From Octopus sinensis (lineage: Eukaryota): a stretch of 64,000 nt of DNA. Location of the stretch: the NCBI RefSeq assembly GCF_006345805.1, contig NC_043016.1, positions 22,754,001 through 22,818,000 of the forward strand, in the 5' to 3' direction. A model generated the notes under the pieces. The model saw only the letters and a program-made list of their open reading frames with translations, did not search any database and was not told where the DNA came from. Shown here piece after piece: positions 1 to 10,744 of this stretch (positions are counted from its first letter, which is position 1; each line of letters starts with the position of its first letter). The translations under genes and the position numbers were made by a program.

Positions 1-821
1 AAAGTACAAAAATCAATGCTTTTTGCAGTGAAAAATGCATTGAGCTTGCAGGGCTAAATCCTAATACTCAAAGTTAGATTGCAGTAATGATTTATTCTAC
101 AGAAATAGGGTCATGAGTTTGCAGAGAAGAATTCTAGTTGATTGACGAGACCCAGTAGATTACTGGGACTTACTGGAAGAATCACATCAACAAGACCACA
201 CATACACAACAAAGACTGACGGAAAGCAGTTTACAACAGTGAACAATTCAGACATTTGCAGACGATAAAACATAAAAATGCCAACAACATGCTATGTTAC
301 GAGAAATCAATTTGAACACTTGACAAATATTGTGGGACACTTTTTAATGTAAGAACATTGAAGTTACAAAATATGTTGATTCATATACAACATAATAGTT
401 TTAATACACTGAGAATGTTGTTAAACATAAAATGACAATGACCAACAGAATAAGCAGTACAAATAAAGAATACTGATTCATCAGGACTTCACATACAAAT
501 GGTACAGATATTTACAAGGACATTAAACAAAACAGTACAAATACAAAAGCAAGCAAATGTGCACACGCGCACAAAAAACACAGACATCCAAGGAAATGTA
601 GCAAGACATGGCAGAACACAAAAGACAATCCTTGTCAAGCCTTGTTGCATAATTTTTTTTCTTTCCTTATGGATATTATATAATGCTATATTATAAACCA
701 AATCATGGGATCTATTTAACAAATAAAAAAAGAAAGGACAATATTTAAAGCCTCTTCAACAGTGCTTGAATGCTGCAAAGCAACAACTTAAAGAGAGATG
801 GGCTTAGGACAGTAATCTTAC

Positions 822-839
822 CGAAAAAGTTGTCGCTCA
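822..839 (-). CDS. JIP3: JIP3/JIP4 18-nt microexon
   Basis: Minus strand ttttctttttctttttacctgctatcttcag|TGAGCGACAACTTTTTCG|gtaaga encodes (V)SDNFF(G), phase 1-1. It supplies the expected xDxFFG preceding GMGKEVENL. Confidence 0.88.
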
Positions 840-1258
840 CTGAAGATAGCAGGTAAAAAGAAAAAGAAAATAAAGAATGATACATGTGTAATTATATTAA
901 TAAAGCAATGGTTAATCAAATTGAAATAGATATTGTTTGATTTTACATTTTATTTTCAAGACAAACAGTTAAGCATAAAATGTAAAGCAATTTTAACAAA
1001 AAAAAAAGCATTCAAAAACATTTTCAGATATTTCATTAAACAACAGTAGAAGAGAAAAGAAAATGATGTAATTATTGCAATAAATACATTCTAGATCCTT
1101 GTATTTTTAAACCTTCCACACAATAGTTTAATACGAATATATAGTCTTCCTTTATGTGTATAGACACAAGCGCACAATGGCTTATAGAAAAGTTGATTTT
1201 AACATGCCACAGGGTAAGAAAGATAATTTTCTGTAGAGTATGTCTGAACATAAGCACA

Positions 1259-1309
<51 letters not shown>

Positions 1310-2029
1310 GTTTTGCTCAGAAAAAAGTTTGGTATTACAATTAAAAGAGTTTGAATGACAACCACAGTATGATGACTAAAACTTTAATTTTATTGAAAAT
1401 CCACATATTCTCTCTATAGAATTTAAATATGTCTGGTATTTTTTTAAGTGATGCAGATTGGACAATAAATATCAGGCAATAACCAAGTGAACCACAATAT
1501 AGCAAAAAAATTTATCAGATACGTTTAATCATACCAAACACATCTTTAGGCAAAGACAAGATATATATCATGGACATGCAATTTTTATAGAATGCCTGGG
1601 AGATATAAGACAATTATGTATAGCTCTTTTCAGACTGCATAGAACCCATGGAATAATGCAGAAGTTTAATATGATTACTATTAAGAGATGCAAACAAAAC
1701 AGTAACTTTTAGTTGCACCTAGTGCAATAAATATAACACACATATATATTACTAAAACTCAAAGTTTGTGTTTTCCTGCCCTTTGATTAATATGACAAAA
1801 ATTACAAAGAAAACAGTCATTTCCTCCTTTAAAAAAAAAAAAATCAAGTTGAAAATGTCAAATAGTGGCGGCGGCACTTCAGAGAGTTGTCACAGCTACT
1901 GCCGTCCAGCCTTTTTTCCTTCCCCAAATCATTTATACAACTTTCGGAGTGCCATGGACTGAAAGATAGATATTCTCCCTATATTTTTATGAGATATTTT
2001 TTATAAGAATTCATAAGAATAATTTTTCC

Positions 2030-2580
2030 AGATGCCACCAAAAAGGCCTGATTTGAGCCATCCAATACCCAAAGCCAAAAGAATCGGAGAAAGGGAGGGG
2101 TATCAACTAATCAGAGAAAGATGTCTGAATAAAAAGAGAGAGCAATTAAGACTTGAAACTGAAGAACAGAGACAATGTAGATTGAAAAGTCAACAAATCT
2201 GATGTTTAAACGAAAATTATAATCAAAGGGCTGAAAGACTAAAGCAAGCTCAAATGAGACAACAGCAAGTTCATTTAAATGAAAATTAAGAACAGACAAC
2301 TTCAATGACTTTGAAACCAACACTTTCGACACTGCAACCATCAAGATATTGTTGTCTATCGTTCCCCCATTGTAGAGCTTTCAAATTTCTGGGAGAAACT
2401 GCCAACTTTTACTGTATGAACAGAAAACTCAATTTAGCACCACTACCTGACTTACCACCAGAAATGAGGAAATTATTTGAAGATCAGACAGATGTGGGGG
2501 GGAAATTTCAGAAAATATGCTAGGCAGTACAATACCATTTTCCAAAAGACATCTTTTAATTGCAAAGAAAATGTACAAAA
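2030..2580 (+). mobile_element. Helitron Rep/Hel N-terminal fragment (decayed)
   Basis: CPHCRAFKFLGETANFYCMNRKLNLAPLPDLPPEMRKLF...NFRKYARQYNTIFQKTSF across ORFs 2305-2523 and 2477-2677 resembles the recalled Helitron N-terminal CxxC...CC...LPPLP...IRxYNxxFxMTSF region. Confidence 0.72.
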
Positions 2581-2977
2581 AAACACACTGACCATTCACC
2601 TAATCTTTTCAATTGCATGGTTAAATAATATAAATTTAACTATATTTATATCAAAGGACAAAAACATACCCAGTTAACTTTTTCGATACCAACCCAACTG
2701 AAATTGTTTCTGGGGTACAAACTTGTTTTAAAGTGATCTAAAAACTTTCCACCCAAATTTTATGTTAACTTACACAGCTTAATGATTACAAAGTTATTTT
2801 ACTAATTTATTTTCATATTTAATTGGAACAAAGGCAGTCTGTCTCAACAGAAATATCCCCAAAAATGTATTAAACAGAATGAAAAGGATGTGCAAGTGAG
2901 CTGAGAAATTTCTTTTCATAAGCTTCAGAATGTGCTTCAGAATCCAACTTCAACAGGACAAGACAGCCACTCACTGA

Positions 2978-3584
2978 TTGCTCAAGCTATAAGAAATAGC
3001 AGCTAAATTTAAAAAAAAAAAACACCCTACAATTTTAGAACAGAACAAAGAATGTTGCCCTTTATAAATGAAAAGGTGAGATGGTTACAGTTGGAACAGC
3101 TTTGATCATAGAACTACTCAAAACAACTACTGTTGCTAAAATCACAAGAAAAGAAATTAAAGCAATAATTAAGATTTTAGAAAATCGTAATTACTGATAC
3201 TTTTTTATTGTTGCAATGAAGACATCCTTCTTGCTTCATTACAATTTAATTTGAATAATAGTAATACTAGAGCTCAAAATGTCTATAGATGATAATATCA
3301 CATCTTTCATTTACTTGTTTCAGACCAACTATGGCCATGATGTAGCACTGCCTTAAAAATTTTTTTAGTTGAATGAAAGATTTGAAATATTCAGTTGCAG
3401 TCTGAATGATAAAAGCCTGAATGTTTTTGGGTTTTTTTCAAAGAATATGAAAAATAACTTGCTCAAAACATTAATTTTATCAAGTTGTATTCATAAGGAA
3501 CAGCTAATGTAATACTTCATAGTAAAAGAAATACAGAAACTAAATAACAAATATAATTTCCTGAACTTAATCTCATTTTTAAAG
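2978..3584 (+). repeat. Local ~0.6-kb direct duplication, copy 1 (copy 2 at 7156-7800)
   Basis: Co-linear with long exact blocks, e.g. caaagaatgttgccctttataaatgaaaaggtgagatggttacagttggaac and ttttatcaagttgtattcataaggaacag. Confidence 0.92.
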
Positions 3585-3794
3585 ATATTTTTTTTATATA
3601 TTTACAATTTTTTAAAAAACCTGTTGAGTCTCAGAGGAAGGGTAAATGGCCATGACTTTTATCATATAATTTGCTAATTATAGGACGCAAACATGTGATA
3701 AAAATTAATACTAGGTGTAGAGGGTAACATGTATATTATAACAAAAATTACTTTCTCAGGCTTCACCTAGAGGCTGGTCATATCAACTAATATG

Positions 3795-3796
<2 letters not shown>

Positions 3797-3853
<57 letters not shown>
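3797..3853. repeat. (TA)n microsatellite
   Basis: Direct reading. Similar (TA)n tracts at about 17704-17768, 34797-34844, 35360-35406 and 51636-51681. Confidence 0.97.
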
Positions 3854-3859
<6 letters not shown>

Positions 3860-5802
3860 GGAGAAAAAGTACAGCCACACAGACATATATATAGTTCTTA
3901 GTGATAGCTCATCATGTTTCATATCAGTAGATCTGGTATCATAATGACTTAGAAGACAGTGATTATTTTTTTTTTTTTTTTACTCATTGCTTTGATAACT
4001 GAAAAGACAGTACAACCAATTGCCAGAAAATTGTTACAGTTTCTACAAAACCCACATAATATTGTAACATATTGCCCACCCACCTAATATTTTTCATCAA
4101 AACATTGATTTGTTTACTATTCTTAAAGGAAATTTCCCCCTGTAGATACAAAGGCAAGATAGACCCGTAGTAACATAGACAAGAAATTTCACAGCATTGT
4201 GGATAGTTGAATAAAGAATTCAATATGCTTGCATTCTGCAATATTTTACAATATTATTTCGAAGACTTCTTTAACAAGAACTAATAAATATGTAACTCTT
4301 GAACATATACAATTCATTTCTGTAGATTATTGGTAATTATGCTGAAGTAATATCTTGTTATATTGAACATGTAAATCTTTCTTTAAATGTCTTAAATTTT
4401 TTTTTCTTACTATCAAATGAAAACATTAAGTTAATATTCACAACACACAAAAGTGCAAACACAAATATACTGACAACTTTCTGAAGAAAGAAAATAAAAA
4501 TCATATACATCAGTTAGTCTTTAAATTGTGTCTGTATGCATGTGTTCCAGTGTGTATATGTACATGTGTGTATGCATGCACACGCCCAAGGAAAATTATA
4601 AAGTAAAATATAAATTTTAAAATGTTAATAAGTAAAAAAAAAAATTATGTAATATATATATAAAGATAACACCAAAGAAAAAACCAACCAACAAAATAAA
4701 AGTTGAAGAAAGGACTAAAGATAAAGAACTATAATTAAAGTGTAAAAGAATCCAGTCATTACAACATTCTAAAAATTGATAGTTAAATTAGGAATTAAAA
4801 CCAAATTAAGAAGGTTAGTCTCTAATTTTTTTTTTCTTTTTCAGTATATTAAAAAATAATTTCTAAATTACAAAATAAGAAGCTTAAAAGAATTACAACA
4901 GAAAGTTATGTTGGACTGAAAACAAAAACTCTAAAGTAACCCAATTTCTAGAAGTACCAAATCATGCAGCTTTTTAAATAGATAAATAATAATTTTCCAT
5001 TTAGGTACAAGGCCAACAATTTAAGGGAAAGGAGGGTTTAGTTGATGCCATCAACCTGATGTACTTTTATAGTATCATCCCCCAAAAGTTTGAAAGGTTG
5101 AATTGGTCTTGACAAGTTTTGAACTCAGAACATAACTTGGAACAAATGCCACAAGCATATGTTTCTGATGTTGTAATGCTTCACAAAGCATTTTTTCTGG
5201 TTTCAAGCATAGGCACAAAGCCTGAAATTGAAGATAAGGGAATTATTCATACCACTGACACCAGGGCTTGACAGGTATCATTTTATCAGCCCTGAAAGGA
5301 TGAAAGGCAAAATCCTTCGCCTTTCATCCCTTCAGGGTCAATAAAATAACATACATGTTAAGCACTGTGGTCAATGTAACCAACCAACAACAATCTCCTA
5401 AAATTGCTGGCCTTGTATTTAAATTAGAAGGAATAAATTTTTTTTTAATTATCCTAAGGTAATTATTAAATGTCAAAACCAATTTAGGGTTATAATTTTA
5501 AATTGACAATATCTTTAACATTTTCTTTTCACCTCAAGAAAGACAAGAGGAGAGCATGTAGACAGGGAGGGAGGGATAGCAAGAGAGAGGAAGAGCAATA
5601 AATGGAAGGAAGAGAAAGAAAAACAGGATTTAATTTTGTAAAAACAAAACCAAAAAATGGTAGGCAAGAGGACAAGATATTAACATTTAAAAATAAATTT
5701 TTAATCTTCAAATAAGATCTATTTAAAAAATAAAAAACAAAAACTTGAGTAAAGCAGTTGAATTCTAAAACTTATCAATGTAATTTAATTATTTCTGATT
5801 AC

Positions 5803-5804
<2 letters not shown>

Positions 5805-5854
<50 letters not shown>
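5805..5854. repeat. (TG)n microsatellite
   Basis: Direct reading. Similar (TG/CA)n tracts at about 19498-19530, 26950-26992 and 50409-50472. Confidence 0.97.
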
Positions 5855-5855
<1 letters not shown>

Positions 5856-5964
5856 TGAACACACACTTAATACATAAACATATTTAATGCACCAAATGTT
5901 GGGGGGCTCACCATCAGCTAAGTTTTCGCCTGTCAAAAGCATGTCCTCAGCATAGTGATGACTG

Positions 5965-6138
5965 CTTCAAAAACATTAATGTTTCACTCCAGCCAGAAAA
6001 TATTTCAGAAACAAATAACTGCTGATACTCTACAAAAGTCAAGTGAGGCCTGCAATTGAATACAGCACCCCTGAGATGGTGCTGCTACTAAAATGCAAGA
6101 AATACCAGCAACTGATCAACAAGTCTTCAAAACACATT
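5965..6138 (+). mobile_element. Second partial copy of the 7837-8012 sequence
   Basis: Co-linear with 7837-8012 (e.g. ctctacaa.agtcaag.gaggcc..caattgaat.cagcaccc...atggtgctgct.ctaaaatg). Confidence 0.65.
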
Positions 6139-6559
6139 ATCTTATGAAAATAAAATAAAACTAAGACTGTGCAGAATCTATCATCATCATCATCATCAAT
6201 ATACACAACCCACAAGGCTGATTTGCTAAATATTATACAAGTTACATCATTATGAATATCTTCAAAGTATTATATACCATTAGCATTGGAACTAAAATGC
6301 ATGTGTATATGTCTATGTATTATATAATATCAAAAAATTTTCAATACGAAATACTGAGATATTCAGTGACAATACCAGTGCTTGTATGTGATAGGTGTCC
6401 ATTCTGTGGTGTTGCTCTACAAAGAGTAGAACTATCATAAAAACATTAGTTACAACTATCTTTTACATTATTTATTTGTTTTAGTCGATTGGTGTAAGAC
6501 AAGGCTGCCTTCTCTTGCCGAACTTGTTCAACATCTTCCTTGAGAGGATTATGATAGTT

Positions 6560-7140
6560 GCACTAGAAGATCACATGGTACAATTAGCATTGGCAGCAGA
6601 AACCTAACAAACCTGCACTTTATACATGATATTGTCAGACTGATGGGTTAAGAACAAGAATTGAAACAACTAGTAGAGCATCTAGACAAGACTTCCAATG
6701 AATTTGGCATGGAGATAAACAGAGAGAAAACAAGTTATGACAAACAGCCCAAACGGAATCAATACTAATATTAGAGTCAGTGGCTTTAACAGTTCCAAAG
6801 ACTTGGATTAAATCTTCACTGTGGAAAGTCAGAAGTATCTCACTGAGCTCCAAAATTTAACTAATGAGATCACTAGTAATCTCAATATTCTGTACATCTG
6901 TGAGACATGGACACTGACAGCCGAAATCAAAAGAAGAATCCAGGCTGCAGAGAAGAAATGTTTCAGATGTTTGGGAATATCATACAGAGATCATGTCATG
7001 AATTAGGAAGTGAAAAGAAAGATAAGGCAGGCAATAGGGCCCTATAAGGAACTTCTCACCACAATAAAGAAACGCAAGCTCAGGTGGTTTGGGCCTATCA
7101 CCTGCTCATCAGAGATGACCAAAACAATCCTACAGAAATA
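6560..7140 (+). mobile_element. RTE-like LINE 3' fragment
   Basis: ILYICETWTLTAEIKRRIQAAEKKCFRCLGISYRDHVMN...AIGPYKELLTTIKKRKLRWFG, typical of the RTE C-terminal region. Confidence 0.82.
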
Positions 7141-7155
7141 TGCTAACTAAAGGGT

Positions 7156-7800
7156 TTGCTCAAGCTATAAGAAATAACAGTTAAATTTTTTTTTTTTTTA
7201 AACCCCTACAATTTTAAACCAGTTCAAAGAATGTTGCCCTTTATAAATGAAAAGGTGAGATGGTTACAGTTGGAACATCAGATTATAGAACTACTCAAAA
7301 CAACTAATGTTGCCAAATTCACAAGAAATTAAAGCACTAATTAAGATTTTAGAAAATCATAATTACTGATACATTTTTATTGTTGCAATGAAGACATCCT
7401 TCTTGCTTCATTAAAATTTAATCTGAATGCATGATTTAACATAGAAAACTTAATAGTAATACTAGAGCTCAAAATGTCTATAGATGATATCACATCTTTC
7501 ATTTACTTGTTTCAGACCAACCATGGCCATGATGCAGCACCGCCTTGAAAATTTTTTAGTTGAATGAAAAAATTCTTCATTCATTGATTTGAAATTTTCA
7601 GATGCAGCCTGAATGATAAAAGCCTGAATGTTTTGTTTTGTTTTTTTTGTTTTAGAATATGCAAAATAACTTGCTGAAAACATTAATTTTATCAAGTTGT
7701 ATTCATAAGGAACAGTTAATGTAATACTTCATAGTAAAAGAAATACAGAAACTAAAGAACAAATATAATTTCCTGAACTTAATTAACCTCATCTTTAGAG
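7156..7800 (+). repeat. Local ~0.6-kb direct duplication, copy 2
   Basis: See 2978-3584; this copy carries two small insertions. Confidence 0.92.
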
Positions 7801-7836
7801 ACTTTTTTTTTTTTTTTTTTTTTGTAATGTGAACTA

Positions 7837-8290
7837 CTTCAAAAATACTAATGGTTCACTTCAGAACCAGAAGATTTTACAGTACTAAAGAGCTGCTGAT
7901 AACTCTACAAGAGTCAAGAGAGGCCCACAATTGAATGCAGCACCCTAGGAATGGTGCTGCTGCTAAAATGTATGAAGTACCAGCAAATGGTCAGCAAATC
8001 TTCAAAATACATGATCCTATAGAAGTGGTTGTAGAGACATTGCAAGATACTCATTCTGCACAGTCCTCAAGCAACTTGGATTTACATGGGTTAACGAAGA
8101 AGGACAATACAATTAACAAGAGAAGCTGCAAAAAATCCTCGTGGCTTTGGATTCAGGGGTTGGTCTATGAATAATTGTAGCTAGGACAGACACTGGCTGG
8201 GTTGTCTGGACAAGAACATCTATATTAAGAAGGCTAAACCCCTGATGACTCGAAATCACATCACTGATGAGATGTGCCAGGAGACAAGTC
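7837..8290 (+). mobile_element. RLE-type (HERO/NeSL-like) non-LTR C-terminal fragment and 3' UTR
   Basis: KYQQMVS...DPIEVVVE...KKSSWLWIQG resembles the recalled KYQELV...PIEVGCRGF...SRWLW C-terminus. A second diverged partial copy lies at about 5965-6138. Confidence 0.5.
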
Positions 8291-8721
8291 TTGCACATGC
8301 GCACGCACACACACACACACCAGAATTATACAAGCACGCAACTGAATTATCAAAGCATGCAACTAGAAACTTATGCCCAATCTAAAACTAGCCATTCCCT
8401 GTGAATTGGGTTTATTTTATCATTGGAAAAAACTGATTCTCAACCTTCCTGGATTATAACAAACATTACAATGGAGATAGCATATAAGATGTACAAACTA
8501 CAGAGCTTATATAAGCCCTGCCAACAACTGACCATGTAGCTCAACACTGAGTAGACATCTAAACAATATTACTTGATCTAAACAGGATCAATACTATGCT
8601 TTAAAACTTTATGAAAATAAAAAGTTTATAATTTCTTCTGATGGTAGTTAATTAGTCAATACTTTCTTACATAACCACAAGACCATTTGAGAGAAGAAAG
8701 TATATTGTTCCCAATATTTAA

Positions 8722-8905
8722 CCCTTTACCATTCAGATTCTGTCAAATGTAATGCATGTTTATTCACACTGCTTTGAATCCATCATGCTCTATCTCAAAG
8801 CTTTAAGATTTTTGTTATGGGATCATTTACTTTTTGTACAACATTGTCAGGTAGGTGTTAGAGACCAGATATAACCAGTAATTGGCTGGTTTAAATGCTA
8901 AAGGG
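8722..8905. mobile_element. piggyBac-like MITE, probably the same family in opposite orientation
   Basis: TTAA|ccctttac...ctaaaggg|TTAA; internal sequence resembles the reverse complement of 10825-11041. Confidence 0.8.
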
Positions 8906-9299
8906 TTAAGTGGTACTTCACTGACTAATAAAATGAAAGGAAGCAGTCAACTTCAGCAGAATTCGAATTCAGAATGTAAATGGCCATAACTAAATACTGC
9001 TTGACATTTTGTCTAATGGCAATAATTGTTTGTAATTTAGGCACAAAGCAATTTTGAAAGAAGTGAAGCAAGCTCAATGTAAACAACTGGAACAATGATG
9101 CCATATCTGCAAAGTTTCAAGAGGTACAAAAAGCAAAAATGATTCTCCAGTTGTGTAACAAACCAAGTGGTTAATGGTCCTTGAGGAGGCCTCAACAAAA
9201 ATTCACTTTGTTTGAATGATTATTTTGCATGCTTAGGTTTATCTTCAATGCTGCATGAAGTGCTAATCGCTAATTGTGGAAGGAACCTGTGGAAGAGAT

Positions 9300-10070
9300 A
9301 GACCCAGGAAGGTGTGGGACAAGGTGGTGAAATACTTTAGAACAGTAAGTTTATGTCATGAAACCTGGGACAGTCTCAAGTGTAGGGTACACAAGAGAAA
9401 AAGGCATATGGCATCAAAAACTTGAATTCAATGTGATCAACAGATTTAAAACTATTACACCATGCCCAGTCTCAATGGCAGAAAACTTGTGGAGACATGT
9501 TAATGCATCTGAAGTGCCCAAAATGGATGCAGACATAAACCAAGTGAGGACAACAATGGCTAAACAGCATTGGAATGAAAGCAGATACAGAGGGTCTGAT
9601 AATTGTTGTACAAGATCAGAATATTGCAAACAAATCCTATCACTAACGCATCATCAAGGACAAAACAGTGCTGGATCCATGGAAAATAAGATTAAAAATT
9701 CAAGAAAAAAAACATTAGCCACAGTATCTCTGGATGTCTTGAACTATTAAAGATCAAATACATCCACAGGAATAACATGGCTGTGGTGAATGGAAAATAT
9801 ACAGTAGTTATAGAATCAAGAAACCATGAAGTGGTATAAGCTTCAACCAAATATTGTCAATGACAACAATGATGCCACTATCTTGTGGGATATACCCATC
9901 CACAGTAACAGATAAAAGCCAATTAGCTAGTGATAATTAGCACAGCATAAAAAAACTAAACCTATCTTCTGAAAGAAACACTTCAGTGAAAGTTGCAAAG
10001 AAGCTGATCAAGTACAAAATTTAGACAATGAAATTATCAAGATGTGAAATATGAAGACAAGTAACACCAG
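9300..10070 (+). mobile_element. Non-LTR retrotransposon 3' fragment, restriction-like endonuclease (R4/Dong-like)
   Basis: NDATILWDIPIH and SERNTSVKVAKKLIKYK resemble the recalled RLE motifs ILWDxPIxTD and ExNxxxKxxEKxxKY. Heavily decayed. Confidence 0.65.
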
Positions 10071-10744
10071 AGGTCATCAAAGCAAAATGGAAGAAAAGAA
10101 TGGAGAGTTTCAATAATTGTATACTAAACAATACATATACATGTATGTATGTATGTATGCAGTCCAGAAGATCACACGTTGGAACAGGGCCCAACACTAC
10201 AAGGAGTACAAAAGGAACAGTAATAATAATCTCTACAATTCCACTTTTAGTACATGTATTGATGAATAATAATTTCAAGCAGTCCCATTTTCAAGCATTT
10301 CAGAAGACAAAATATCAAATTAAGCAGAGTGATTTTAGAAAAGGCTCTCCTCAATTTTATAAAACCCCAGAACAGTGAAAAAATCTAATCCAAACAGAAA
10401 GTGAGTTTAGAGACTAAATAGGCATTTTGTCCTGCAACATAATAATTGAGTTGAGGAATAATTCATGAGCACCCCCCACCCCAATTTAAAAATGCATGCA
10501 GAAATGAAATGCATTGGCAAAGAGAATTTTTTGCTCTACAAGTTAGAGTGTTTTGATTTTTAAATTTTCTTGATTTTTGTGTATTTTCAGATCATTAAAA
10601 TGGAATGACAAGTGGACAAAACTGAGCATTTTTGACACTATTTGTTTTTCAAATTTAATCAAGGTGTTTAAAATTTTACTTATTATATAAATCACCTGTT
10701 CTGTTTCTGTCCATAGACTATAGAGGCACTTAGAGCAAATGCTA

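Noticed and set aside
400-490. C/D-box snoRNA (cctgatga on minus)
   Set aside because: No box D (CTGA) or terminal stem at a suitable distance.
8238-8275. Hammerhead from two CTGATGA motifs and a GAAA
   Set aside because: Only 3 nt separate CTGATGA and GAAA (no stem II), and the second motif has no downstream GAAA; probably a decayed retroelement 3' UTR.
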